This document shows positions 13,772-27,900 of a stretch of DNA of 64,000 bases, in pieces. Made by a program: the position numbers and the translations under genes. The number at the start of each line of letters is the position of its first letter. Within the stretch, counting starts at the first letter, position 1. Origin of the DNA: Azolla caroliniana (lineage: Eukaryota > Plantae > Polypodiophyta); the NCBI GenBank assembly GCA_043228905.1, contig JBHGNT010000012.1:16368001-16432000 (forward strand). The letters are read 5' to 3'. The notes beneath the pieces are model-generated. The model searched no databases and was not told the DNA's origin. It worked only from the letters and a program-made list of their open reading frames with translations.

Positions 13772-16700
13772 TGTCGTTTTATTCAGCATGCTCAAGAGAA
13801 ACCAAGGCGGGATCACGGGGGCCCTGAACTAGGGAATAGCCGAACAGGGGCGGAGGAGCACTACGAAACCATGGTCGAGCCGCGCACACAGACTCACAAA
13901 GAACTCACAAACAAGGTTGAACAAAGAATAAGGAAAATGTATATATGTATATATGAATATATGACCAAAATTACAGCCGGCTAGCTAGTAAGTGCCAACT
14001 CGCTGACCCTAACTCACACAGCGCACACGACAACAAGAGATGGAGCCTCTATCGGAAGCGCTCGGGCTTTCCGCGAAAATAGAGGCAGCCTCCCAACCTA
14101 CAGAGAACGACAAAAAACAAAGGAGAAGAGCTTGGTTTCAGTCCGATAGCACTTCGTCCTCGAAAACGCAATCCCACTTAGCCCCTTTTCCTCTCCTTTT
14201 ATAGCACAAGGAGAGAGAGTCGTTAAAGATTGTTACATCACTTTTATTCTTTGTCTTTCGGACAGAGATCCTCTTCGATTCCCTACCTAACAAATTTGTG
14301 CTTCCTAGGATAATTACATCGCCGACCTGTACTTAACTATATAAATACATGAAAACATGTGCCCGTGTGTAAGGGCCGGTTCACACACACTATCCACAGA
14401 TTCCTCCTAGGGATGGTTTTCTCCACGACATCCGCCCCTACCTAACCGCGGATCCTCCGGTATGCGCCAGAATAGACTTCTGTCGGAGAAGACCGGCCCA
14501 CGATTATCTTTGAGTCTCTGGTTCGCCACCCGCTCTGAATTGGTCATCGTCATCATCCATGCCCTTTGGGTCCGGTTCGTCCTTGTGCCTCTTCTTGAAG
14601 GCCTTGATCCTCTTCTCGGGCACCGGCACAACTATTCTCGTTCCGTCGAGCTCCATGAGATGGTAGGTGCCGTTGTCGTTGGCGCTTGTCACCGCGTAAG
14701 GCCCGAACCACCTCCTCACAAACTTCCGCATTGCTTGTGCTAGTTGTCGAGGCTGCTATCGTAGACCAGAACCCAGTCGCCTTCCTCGATTTTCTTTGGT
14801 CGTAGTCGGTGAGTCCGGTCGAATCACCCCTTGTTCTTTGTCCTTGCTCCACGTAGCTTCTCCGTTGCTCGTTCTACGTCCTCCGGTCTTTGCTCGAGTT
14901 GTTGGATTCACGCCGCTAACATCTCCTCCCGGCTCATCTCATCTCTCTAGTCCACCACGGCCCATGAGGAGATCATTCACTCCATTGGCATGATCGGCTT
15001 TTGCCCGTACATTAGCTTCGCCGGCATGAACCCGGTTACTGAATTGTGCATAGTTCGGTCTGTCCACAATGCGTAGGGTAGGAGCACTGGCCAATTCCCG
15101 ACTTGGACTCCATAGGCCTATACCAACGCCTTTACTATTGGCCCGTGTCCATGTTCCACCTTCCGGTTTGCCTCCGGATTGTACGCTCTGGTGAGCGAGA
15201 GTTTAACCCCTAACCGTTCAAACAACTCTTCGGCCTCTTGTGCATCCAATTCTCCACGGTCTACTACGATCTTCCCTACGCACTCGTATCGACATACCAG
15301 CTCCTCGATTAGGAACCGACACACAGCCGTAGTCATCTTGTTTGGTAATGCTGAGTCCTCCACCTGGTTTGTCAGATCCTCTCACACTAGCACCAGGTAT
15401 CGCATCTACCCTACCCCCATCGGCATCGTCACCAAATCCACCATTCACTTGAAGTGGACGGTCGGCGGGTAAGACGGGTGCAACTCGTCTCGATGTCGGA
15501 CTATGGAATGCATCTAACAGCTTTCGCAAGTCGTTACGAACCGATGCACATCCCGGTATAGCCCCGACCACCAGTACTTGTCCTTCAGCTTCTCGAACGT
15601 GGCCCATGTCCCCTGGTGTTCGGCTCAAGGACTCTCATGGTATGCCGTCAACAATGCTTCCTGCTCCTCCTTCCTTGCCACCACCCGGAGTGGGACGCCG
15701 TCTCGCTTCTTCGGGTGCGTCCATATGCTCTCTTCCTGTAGGAAGAATCAGTACGCTTTCTTCCGGATCCGGTAAGCCTCTTCCTTTGTTCATGCCGCGT
15801 CCAGCGCCATCGTTCTCAGGAACCCACCAATCTAGAGCCACTCCCCCTCGTACTCGCTCTCGTCAAACTCGTTAAGCGCCGGGGTGCTCCCCCTTCTCTT
15901 CATCATGTACGTTGTCTTGAAGAAGTCCACGCCAACTTCCTAGTCCTCTAAAACCATGTCGTTTTTGTCTTCAAACCTTGCTCTTGAAAGCATGTCGGCC
16001 ATGGCATTGTCTTTCCCGGAGATGTGCCGTATCTCCGAATTCATGGACGTAATGTACGCTATCCACCTAATCATTGCCAGGTCCAGTGTCGCGCATCCGG
16101 AAACCATACCAAGAATCGGTAAGCAGTCTGTCTCTATTATTACCTCTGTCTCGATCAAGTAGTCTTTGTCGGCCTTGACCGCCGAAAAGATACCCTAGAG
16201 TTCACGTTTAACCTGGGCGTATCCTCGCTGTCGTGCGCTAAGTACTTTCGCACCAAACCGGATGGGGAACCTCGCACCGTTCTTATCCTCCTAGTTGATC
16301 ACCCATCCGATCCCGGTCGGACTCATGTCTACGGTTACATAAATTGGAACGTTTTTATCGTAGACTACTTTCCGGAGTACTGGTGCCACGACAAACGCTT
16401 CTTTCATTTTCCGGACCGACTCTGCATGCTCCCTGCTCCACTCGAACTTGTGCCCTTTCTTCAACAACCCGTAGAGTGACTCCATGATATGGGCATAATG
16501 CGGGATCCAAATGTGGTAGAATGTGCAAGCTCCCAAGAACCTCCGGACTTCTGTAACCGACCTGCAGTCTTCCTTCATTGCGGAGATGGCTTCCACCTTA
16601 GCCGGGGACGGTTTCCGGCCGTTAGGCCCGCACAAGTGTTCAATGACCATGATTTCCGACTGTCCGAAAACCGACTTCTCCCCGAAGAGGGTGAGCCGCA

Positions 16701-19636
16701 CGCCTTCGAGCTTCTGTAGCACCTTCTCGCAGTCTCCGATGTGGTCCGAGACAAATCTCTGACACTCGTCCGGTCCGACCGTTTCGTCCTTATCCTCCAC
16801 CGGACATCCCTTGATCAGAATGTAATCCAAAAACGGCATGGTGATGTCCGGGATGCAGTCCCTTAGCACCTTATTCATGGTTCGGTCTCGCGGTTGCGCT
16901 CATGGTTCAGTCGCACCATTAGAAATTGGATGGAGTGTCGCCCATCTTGGCTCTTCACGCGTGCGTACGCTAAACCGTTATCCAACACTTTCGTCTCCAT
17001 ACGTGCTGCCGTAATGTACGGTTCTCCGAGTATCACCAGATGCGAGGATGTCTACTGCACGAAGAAGTGCTGGTCAATCTCGACATCACCGATTTTCACC
17101 TGTACATTCGGACATGCCCCATGTAATTCCTCTGTGGCACGCGTCGCCACTCGTATTTTCCACCTGTGCTTGATGTTGATCGGCCACTTGCCCTTCTTGT
17201 AGAAGTTCATAGACATCAGGTTGATCTCTGAACCGTGGTCTACCAATGCCACCACCGGCTCCTGAACGTCCCCGATCCTAACCGGGGTCTCCGTAGTGGC
17301 TCTTGCCCAGTGCAGCTTTGAATAATGGCTTTCCACCAACTCGTCTTCCAGGGCCATGTCTTCTAGGTGCGTCGTTCACATCTCAATCGGCTTCTCCGGC
17401 TCCGGCTCCGTCGAAAGCTTTTTTCGCTTCACTAGCTCCACGATGGAGTCATGGAATTCTTTCTTGGAAATCCCAAGCACTTCCCTCAGCGAAAACTCCA
17501 CCTTGTTGTCGAGGATTCGTTCCTCAAGGACCTTCCGGAGGTCCGTCGTTCTTTCTATCTCTGTGCTCAACCAGTAATCGGCTTTCTTTGCTTTATTTGG
17601 TGTGCCGATACCACCAGCGTCATTTTGCTTTAGCCCGAACTGGGTCTCGTACTACTGCGAGGGTCCAGCCCCTCCGGCCTTTCCCGCACGCTTGTCTTCT
17701 ACCAGAACCTCATAGTTCTGGCACGCGGCTTCCACAAAGTCAGTCTTTTCTTCGACCGGATCGCTCCACCAGATGACCTCCCGGACCTATCTTTTCGCAC
17801 GGTCCGCTTCCTCCCTTCTCAACCGCATGTCGGCGAGGCCTTCTAGCACCACCGGCCAGAACCGCGAGTCTTTCGTCTTCCGACCTTCGTCACTCCCTAC
17901 CTGGATTCCTGCTGACGTCGAGTAGTGGATGGTCTCCGCGTGGCGCGCCGCCTCTTCTTCCATCAGCCTCTTCATTCCTCCCCGTCCGATATTCAACTCC
18001 ATGGCTCTCCAGGTCTCGCTAGCGTGTATCCTCCCCTTCCATAGGTACACCACATTAGCCCTTATTGCTTATGCGAAGTCCACGCAGTCCTTTTGGACGT
18101 GACCAACCGCGTCACACCACAAGCACCGATGCCCACCCGGAGGCCTTCGGTCGCAAGGCTGCTCGCCGTCGTCCCTCCTTGCTTGTGCAATCTGGAGGTC
18201 TTGTACCATCTGCCTTAGTTCTTCCAGAGCCGCTCCGCCAGACGCGCCCTTGATCACGTCGAACGAGCTTGTCTCAAGCCAATCCCGGGTTTCCTCCTTG
18301 TGCGTCAGCGGGGGTCCCTCGAGGTTTCTTGCCGCAACCGCTCCTGCCCCCGACGAGCCCTTGTCGACCCACTCACATCGTTTTTCAAAACGGCCGCACC
18401 GTCAACCCATCGTTCGTCTCTAGTAGGAGACCCACTTGCTCCCGATCCCGCACGTCCACAACTTTGATGAATAAAAGGACAAGGCTCGTGTCTAGTACGG
18501 TCCTCTCCAGTGCCGAAAGACGTGCGAAGCGTTCCTGAAACTTCCGGAGGAGCGTTGACGCATTCCTCCCCTTTCCCGGGGTTTCCACCCAATCCATAAA
18601 GTCCTGCTTCAATAACCAAAGCGTGTCATCAAGCCCGTACCACTCAAGGAGCCGTGCTTCGAATTCCCCCCAGGTACGACATCCAGCCTGCACGTCGAGC
18701 ACCTCTACGTGGATGCCCGATGTCACTACTCGAGGGAACCCAAACAGATGCCTCTCCTTCGAGATGTCCCTCATCACCATTTTGGCCCAGTAGGCCACCA
18801 AATAACTCACGACATCCTTCCCATCGAACCGGCCTATTGCGCCAACAATTGCTTCAATGGCCCTATCGAGGGCGCCCATGCCCTCCCAAGCACTTACTAT
18901 CCGATTGACTATTGCCGCCATGGCTTTGGCGAGCTCTGATCCCCTCATTTTCAATTCCTCTGCTACCTTGTTTCACGTCGGGTTCACCAAATAATGTCGT
19001 GCAAGAGAAACCAAGGCGAGACCGTACGGGCCCTGAACCGGGGAATAGCCGAACAGGGGGTAGGAGCACTACGAAACCACGGCCGAGCCGCGCACACAGA
19101 TTTACAAAGAACTCACAAACAAGGTCTAACAACAAATAAGCCAAATGTATGTATATATGAATATATGACCAAAATTACAGCCGGCTAGCCGGTAAGTGCC
19201 AACTCGCTGATAGTAACATACACACAACACACACAACAACAAGAGATGGAGCCTCTGTTGGAAGCGCTCGGGCTTTCTGCGAAAACAGAGGTAGCCTCCC
19301 AACCTGCAAAGAACGACAAAAAACAAAGGAGAAGAGCTTGGTTTCAGTTCGACAGCACTTCATCCTCGAAAACACGATTCCATTCAACCCCTTTTCCTCT
19401 CATTTATAGCACAAGGACAGAGAGTTGTTACAGACTGTTACATCACTTTTATTCTCTGTCCTTTCGGACAGAGATCCTCTTCAATTCCCTACCTAACGAA
19501 TTCGTGCTTCCTAGGATAATTACATCGCCGACCTGTACTTAACTATGTAAATACATCAAAACATGTGCCCGTGTGTAAGGGCCGGTTCACACACACTATC
19601 CACCGAATACTCCTAGGGACGGTTTTCTCTACGACA
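13772..19636 (-). mobile_element. Trp-primed Ty3/Gypsy (Phygy-like) with internal deletion
   Basis: LTRs 18995-19636 and 13772-14430; PBS 18972-18988; PPT 14431-14447; gag, PR (DHG), RT C-half, RNase H and INT remnants. About 1.1 kb (PR end to mid-RT) is missing at about 16880. Confidence 0.92.
18972..18988 (-). promoter_or_regulatory. PBS complementary to tRNA-Trp
   Basis: TGGTGAACCCGACGTGA(A) is the complement of the plant tRNA-Trp 3' end (...TTCACGTCGGGTTCACCA). The same PBS occurs at 42800, 49361 and 56691-56708. Confidence 0.85.
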
Positions 19637-20039
19637 TCCGCCCCCACCTAACCTAGGGACGGTATGCCGGAGGATGCGCGGTTAGGTGGGGGAGAGTACT
19701 AGCTTTTACCTTATCAAAAACGTTGGCATAATGATGATACTTCTTTGGAAGTTGAATTGTTGACTCTTCCATAACGACATTGGAAGGTTTCGCTAATACT
19801 GCAAATACAAACATTGATTTGTTCCGTCCTTCGTCACACATTTGATGTAGCGAAATGGTTGAAATCTTGTGAGTAGATTCTCGATACCTGTTAGGATCAG
19901 TACTAAGACAGAGAAGGAACTAGTAGTAAAAGATGAGGATTAGTACTAAGATAGATGTAGAACTGTCGAGAGAAGGAAAGAGTGAGCAAGAGAGAAAAGA
20001 TAGATAGATAGATAGATTATATTATTGTCTTCGGAGGTC

Positions 20040-23000
20040 AAATATGACCTATGAGACCAAAAAATTACATTTCACGTGATACGTGTGAAAGTGAGTAGTG
20101 ACTCTCGATGTTCAAGAACGTTACCAATGAATGTTGCAATCGAGAGTGCACATTGTGGTTGTGAGTGGAATTCATGCAAAGATTGGGCTCGATCGAAGAG
20201 ATGTGGAAAGCATGGTCGAATATGATCAAAGGCAGAGCATTGTATCAAAGTGTGATACTCAGACTAGCGAACTTGTTTAGGGCAAAGTGTGCATAGCCGA
20301 CCACTCTCATCACTTGTACCCCAACGCCCTGTTTCACATCACAATGCATGTGAGCTAAGTCGCATGGAAGCAATGGTTCTAATGGAAGATAACAGTATGG
20401 GCTCTAACATGTATGGATGTGTACGATTTCCCTGTTCCTCAAAGAATATGGTTTTGTAGTTAGGTGCAACATGTGTAGTATAATGTGTGAAGCGTGAGCC
20501 TCCACATTTGTCCCATGTCATGATACATTGGCGTTGCAAAAATGCCTCATTTACAAAGGAATCTAATGATGCATCATGGAGCAAGTGTCTCGCATCCCAT
20601 CTACCAAACCATTTTTCTATATCTTGCATCCAACCGGAACACAAAATTTTGCTTTTATGCGTCTTTTGGATCTTTTTGCTTGCTTCCCACACAATTCTAG
20701 GAAGTCGATGTGAGGGACTTTTTTGAATCTTAAGCATGTATTCAACAACCCTTTCCATGGCCATGATCTCAATGGGAAGCGATCCCGTCTCAAGGAGGAG
20801 GAGGGTGTAGGGCGTTTGTTTCTTAACTTGTAGAAACTTGGTAAGAAAATGCTTTTGGACATTTTCAAACTCTTTCCACATAGATTTAGGGTTGGTACCG
20901 CCCTATACTTCCACCCCATAGAGAAGAACCGGTGTCACCAAAGTGTCGAAAAGATATTTCTTGAGGACCCAACACTTAATACCACCAAGATTGCATGTGT
21001 TCTCAAATGCATAGTATGCTCGCTTGCCCGCCTCTAAGCGGCGTGTAGCACATTCATTCCATCTATGATTTGAAGGAACTTCAAGGCCAAGATATTTGAA
21101 GCTTTCCACACATTCAAGTGGCTCATTGTTGTACATAATGCATGGTTTATCTCTTTTTTGGCTCATCACAAGCATAATCTTTGTTTTAGAGCTATTGACA
21201 CTTAATTTAGTATGCATGCAAAATTTTTCCAATGCCTTCATAAGCTTTTGTGCATCTCCTCAAGTATTTGCAAAAAGCACTACATCATCTGCATATAGCA
21301 AAAGCATAATCACAACATTCCCAATGACAACTTCTTCAACACATTCTTACTTTGCAAACTTGGTAACCATTTCTTCCAATTCATCAATGCATAGACCAAA
21401 TAGTGTTGGTGAGAGTGGGCATCCTTGCTTAACACCAATAGTGCTTTTGAAAAAATCTGAAAGCTTATCTCTCATGCGCACACAACATATAACCTTCTCA
21501 TAAATTCGGGAAATTGCAAGCATATATTCACTTGACACCTCAAGTTCTTCCATTCACCTCCAAAGATGCTCACGAGGTACCATATCAAAAGCTTTCTTGA
21601 AGTCTACAAAGCAACAATATAAACCTTTACCTCTAAGATGACTTTCCTCCATTAATACTCGAAGGGTGATAAGGTGATCAATGGTGCTATGGTGTTTCCG
21701 AAAGCCAACTTGTCCATAAGCTCTCTTACCACTTTTTTCAGCCCATACACTTATCTTTGATTCCATTATACATCCAAATAGTTTTGCCATTAATGAGCCA
21801 ACCGTGATGGTTCAATAGTTGTTTACATTATTTATATCTCCACCTTTATGTAAAGGTTTGATCCAATTTGTAGTCCAATCGTACGGCATACCATGTTGCA
21901 ATGCATCATTAAACATATCGCTTATCCATATATGTGCTTCCTTTCCCGTCCATTTGAGCATTTAAGCCTTTATACATTGAAGATCGCTTGCCTTTCGAGA
22001 GGCCAATTTCTTAAGTCCTATGCATATATCTTCAATTGTAAAGAAGGGAGGCATATGTGAAAGAGAACCATAACACATCATCTTTCCGGCAAGAGATAAC
22101 TCATATAAATTCTTACAATGCATAGGCAAGTCTTGAAGAGTTAAGTCACCATAACTCTCAACACGTTTTCCCTTTAGATTTCCCCAAAATTTAGCACATG
22201 CATGTGCTTTCTCTTGCGTTTGGATAAACTGTTGAGTAACTTCCCATATTCTTCTCTTTCTTTGAATAAGCCTTTTATACTCATGCAAATGCTTTTGGTA
22301 ATTCTCTTTATCCTTAACTACATCCAAAACCATAAGGCACTTTTGAGCTTCACGACATTCTTTATCAAACCATTTTTTCCTAAGTTCCTTGGTGCATTTC
22401 CAAGATGTGCGGTTGGTCGAAAAACATTGTTTGTACATGAGAGAATGACTTTCTTGAAAGCTTCCCATTTGTATTCTAATGTGGCACCATATTGTATCTT
22501 TGTCATTTGTAACATATCCTCAACCATCTTGGAATACATGGGTGCTCGCTTAAGGTTCATGCTCAAGTGCGGTTGTTTATTATCTTCAATAGCCTTCTCA
22601 CAATCAAACCTATGCATACATTTGAGATCAATACATAAAGGCCTATGATCGGATTCCGGTGTCCATTCACCAAGTGAGAATTTATGTATACGATCCAAAA
22701 TACCTTCGGAAAGTAGCACATAGTCAATCACACTATTTCCGTTGTGTTTTCTACATGTAAAACCATTAGTGTTGGGCCATAAGGAAATACCATTTGCAAT
22801 AAGCAATCCGGTACTATTGCACATTTGTAGGAGTAACTTCCCAAATTGGTCCGGATCTTTTTCATCGCTAGAAGAGCGGTTATACATTTGCATATCCTCT
22901 TGCATCCTTGAGATATGTGGCATGAAAGATTCTTGTGAATCAAGTTGGAAACTTCTTGTACAAGCATTCATGTCACCAAAGACAATAACTTCCCCTTTGG

Positions 23001-23423
23001 ATTTGAAATAAGCAATATCATCTTCTAGATTGGCAAACAGTTGATCTTTATCCAAACAAGCATAAAAGTTAGAATCTTGATGAGGAATGTAACATCCAAC
23101 TACAAAAGTGGGCAAATCATTAGGTGTTTCTATTTTGAGCCATATGTAGCATTTATATTCATCATTTTTTATGATTGACACATATTTCTCTATTTCCTTC
23201 TTAATCAAACATGCCACCCCTCCTTGTCCTCTTCTTTGTCTTGGATTTTTCTTCCATATCAAAGAGTGTACATTATAGTTTCCTAAACCTTGAATCCTTT
23301 GAGTATCATGCTCCCATGTTTCAACAAGAAGTGATATCCGAGTCATCGGTGAACTCCTCTATGCCAAATCCCGCATTCCATGGGTATCCATTGCAATTCC
23401 AAAAGCATAGTCGTAAAAGGCAT
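20040..23423 (-). pseudogene. LINE ORF2 (APE endonuclease-reverse transcriptase)
   Basis: WNCNG, LVETW, GGVA, GDMNA, IDYV and SDHRP (EN); FVDFKKAFD, KQGCPLSPTLF, YADD and KYLG (RT); RLSSHAL..ETGRW..RLC..C..H...C tail. Several stops and frameshifts. Confidence 0.9.
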
Positions 23424-23449
23424 GGGTTAGTCTCATAGATCATGTGTCC

Positions 23450-24318
23450 CTATTTGCCTACATTTCCATCTTTAGGCACATCCTTGACCTTGTTTTTCAA
23501 TCTTTCTTCATATGCTTTACGACGAGCATTTTGTTGTGAGATAGTACGATCTTCACTCACAAAGCATTGTGTGCCTTTGAGGTATACCCAACTATTTTCG
23601 AGTATGATCCGCCGCTTTGTATCATCTGTCATTGTGCATACAATAGGCCTTTCTCCAGAGCGAGTAACACCATGTTTCTTAACTCGGTGTGCCTCATATA
23701 CATTCACATCTGACATCCCATAATGCATGCTAAAAAATTCACCAATGGCCTTTCCAAGGGATGCGGGTGTTTCAATACTCTCTTCTTTAATCTCATGGAC
23801 GACAATGTTCTTTGATCGTCGATCACGTTCTTTCAATTTTCAGACATCTATGCTTTCTATATTCATCTCTTGATGCATCACATGCATATTAGATGAGTTT
23901 GATAGCACATCCCCACCACATACATCGGCCCATGACTTCGTTGTACATACATTTTTCATCTCACTTACATCCCGCCCCATCGTGTCCAATTTTTCTTCTT
24001 TTAACGCTTCGTTTAACTCAATCTTATTAAGGCGCTCATTTGTTTCAAAAGAAGCTCTTTTACATTCTTGAATCTCTTCTTGAAGTTTTGCAACTACTTG
24101 TTTAAGACTTTCATTCTCAATGACAACACTTTGGAGCTTAAATTCTCTTTCATTAACGTCCTTATCCCTTCACCTTGCTTGTTTATGGTTTCTTGAAGAG
24201 AAATCAAGGGACTCATAAGCATTTTGTTCATTGCATTAGAATCGAGATTTGTTGGTGATCTCAGCTCATTATCAATCATACCCCCGAACTTTGCGGCGGT
24301 TTTACGAGTATTTGCCAT
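23450..24318 (-). pseudogene. LINE ORF1 (coiled coil plus RRM-like domain)
   Basis: ORFs 24094..24318 and 23450..23836 contain ERDRRSKNIVV, RPIV and FVSEDRT, typical of ORF1 proteins of CR1/L2/RTEX-type LINEs. Confidence 0.75.
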
Positions 24319-24581
24319 TGTAGGGACAAACCCTACGAGAAAACAGAGACAGAGAGGGAAGGAGAGAGAATGTACCTTTCACTCAATTTAGGGCTTCAAA
24401 ATCTACCTTCCGTTTGAGGAACCGTGGGGCAAATATGGTTGCGGATGAAAATGATCATAACTTCTCGCCACGGTAACAAAATTCAGTAAATGAACATTCT
24501 TTAGAAAGCTCTCTCAAAGAGCTTTCCAACGAGCTATAGAACGTAGAAAACTATGGCCGGAGTGAACTTACAAAGAGATTT

Positions 24582-24631
<50 letters not shown>

Positions 24632-24919
24632 GAGAGAGAATGATGATAAATGATATATATTATGTGAAGAGAGTATACAATAGTAGCTAGGAGGCTTAAG
24701 ACTGGCGTTGAACCAATTTGGTTCGAAATAATGCCTTGTGCCTCCTTTTATAGTGTTCTCAGGAGTACTCTTGAAGTTTCTAGAATGTTCTAGAGAAATA
24801 TGGAATATACATCAATTTTCTATAATAAAACATAAATGAAAATAATATTCTATGTATTACAATGTATGGTCTAATGGTCAAGAGCTCGGACCATGTAGCA
24901 TAAGGTTAGCCTTGCCATA

Positions 24920-27900
24920 TCATGACCCTATCCCCTCTTTAAAACGACGAGTGTCACGAGTCGTTTTGGATTGAGGACCCGGTTTGTCTGGATATTGACG
25001 ATGGAAGTCTTCAAGAAGAGCACGAGCATTGGTCACATTCTCTATCGGTTCCCAAGTATGCTCGCTATGACTATATCCTAGCCAATCGACTAGATAGTAG
25101 AGCTTGTTGCGAACAATCTTGGAATCAAGGATGGCGGCAACCTCGTACTCAAGTCCATCTTCAAGCTCAATCGGGGGTGGAGGTTGTGTAATAAGCCCTG
25201 GGATGGTGCTCTCTTGATAGGGTTCGAGGAGAGAAATATGAAACACCGGATGTATCCGAAGTTGCGGAGGTAGATCGAGACGAAAAGCGACATCATTAAT
25301 CTTTCCTATAATACGGAAAGGACCTCATTGCCGATAATCCAACTTCTCACTTGGGCGAGTAGTCTTGATGTTAAAACTGGATGGAAGTCGATGACGATCC
25401 ACATAAACCTTGTGTGTTTGTTAAGCTTGTTGGAGATGAGTAGATAAATCGGCTTGTATCTTGTGTAACCGCTCTAAACGATCCTCTGCGCCAGGATTTG
25501 TGGACAACTTTGGGGTTTCAAATACACACCACTGGGGGTGACAACCCGTATAAGCATAAAATGGCGTAACTTTAGTTGATCCGTGGACAAAGTTATTATA
25601 GGCAAATTCAGCGAAGTGGAGAATATCTACCCAGTCATCTTGATGATAGCTTAGAAAGCACCAAAGATACTGCTCCAACGTTTGATTTGTTCATTCTGCT
25701 TGGCCATCGGTTTGTGGGTGGTAGCCAGAGGAGAGGTTACAAGTGACCTTGAACATTTTAAAAAGGTGCTTCCAGAATTTCGATACGAATAGGGGTCCAC
25801 GGTCGCTGATGATACTATCGGGAGGCCTTGATGCCAACATACTTCACGCATGACAATTTCAGCGGTTTCTTCACTGGAGATTTCCTTAGTACATGGCAAG
25901 AAATGAGCCATCTTCGTATATCGATCTATGACTGTTAGAATCGCATTGAACCCCTTAGAGACTGGAAGATCTGTGATGAAGTCTAGAGCAATGGATTGCC
26001 ACGGCTTGCTTGGATTTGGTAATGGTTCTAATAAACCATATGGATGATGCCTTGGCATTTTCGCTCTACAACATGAATCACAAGTCCGAACAAAATCTTC
26101 CACAAATTGTCACATATGGGGCCACCAAAATGATCATTGTACTAAATCTAATGTTTTAGTACTACCAAAATGCCCAGCTGTATATGTATCATGATAGTTT
26201 TGGACTACTTGAAGGCGGCAAGAACCATCATGGTATAGTAATCCATCATGGTATTTGAATTGCCGATAGTTCGTACCTGGTGGTTGCGATTGTGAACAAG
26301 ATGCTCGAGAGGGATCATTTTGTGCTAGAATGGCTTGGGCGAAAGCATCGGTCTTCAAGTCCTCACGTATAGTATCAATAACGTGGGAATTTATGGGCAT
26401 GCCAAAGACCTGTGTTGCTTGCAGTCGTGTCGGTCCCAAGATTACTTGCTTTTGGTTATCAAAAGCTGGCTCACCCGGACGCGGTGCTAGGTACGAATGC
26501 CGTGATAATGCATCTTCCTTCCCTTGCCACTTCCCCGGACGATATCTAATTTTGAAGTCAAAATGCATGAGGAAGTGGGCCCACCGATCTTGACTCCGAT
26601 TTAACACACGGGCGTCCTGAAAGTAAGCAAGGTTTTTGTGGTCACTGAATATGGTGACTTGATAAGAGGATCCCTCTAGAAAAGGCCTCCATTGCGTAAA
26701 AGAGTCCACTATTGCCAATAGCTCCTTATCATGAATTTCGTAGTTGATTTCGGTGGCGTCAAACTTGCGTGAATGAAAAGCCACAGGATGTAGCTTCTCA
26801 TCATTACCCCGTTGTGACAGAGTGCTCCCCAATGCGAAATCTGATTCGTCTGCTTCGATAATGAATGGTTTTTCCGGATTGACATGAGCTAGAATTGGAG
26901 ACGATGTAAATTCCTTTTTAAGACTTTCGAAATCCATGTCCGCTTCTTCAGACCAAATGAACGATTGTCCCTTCCTAGTAAGCTATGTGAGAGTTAGAAT
27001 GAGCTTTGAGTAATCCTGTACGAACTTCCGGTAAAAATTGCCAAAGCCTAAAAAGCATTGCACATCTCCCACCGAACACGGAGTTTGCCACTCTACCACA
27101 ATTTTGACCTTAGTTGGATCCATGGAGATGCCTTCTGAGGAAATGACATAGCCCAGAAATTCCACCTAGTTGCACCCAAAACTACATTTTCCAGCATTGC
27201 ATAAAGACCATGTTCTCGAAGTCGTTTTAGTACTAACAATACATGAGAATCATGCTCTTCTTGGGTCTTCGAATAATCCAGTAGATCATCCAAATAGATG
27301 ATCAAACAAACATCCAAGAGATCTCGGAATATATCATTTGCCATGTGGTGGAAGACTGTTGGCGCATTAGTGAGGCCAAATGGCATGACCTTATACTCGA
27401 AATGCCCATATCTGGTGCGAAATGTGTTCTTCCATTCATCTCCTGGTCAGATCCGTACGAGGTTATAGGCTCCCCATAAGTCGATCTTCGTGAAGAACCT
27501 TGCACCATTGATCTGTTCTAAAAGAGTTGAGATAAGGGGAAGTGCGTACCTATTTCTGATTGTAACCTTATTCAAGCCACAGTAATCTACCATGAGACGA
27601 AATGATGCATCCTTTTTCTTGACAAAGAAAATGGGTGCGCCGGCTGGAGATTTCGAATGCTGAATGAAACCATTTTCCAAATTCTCCTCTATATAGGCTC
27701 GCATGACTTCTAGCTCAGTTGGTGACAAATTGTAGATCGGTCCCCATGGTCGGATCCGTACGAGGTTATAGGCTCCCCATAAGTCGATCTTCGTGAAGAA
27801 CCTTGCACCATTGATTTGTTCTAAAAGAGTTGAGATAAGGGGAAGTGCATACCTATTTCTGATTGTAACCTTATTCAAGCCACAATAATCTACAATGAGA

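Larger units (their letters stand above)
19999..24583 (-). mobile_element. Full-length two-ORF non-LTR retrotransposon (RTEX-like LINE), decayed
   Basis: ORF1, APE endonuclease, RT and a C-terminal Cys/His motif. The 3' end reads AATAATATAAT(CTAT)n. It sits inside the (GA)n tract of the copy B LTR. Confidence 0.9.
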
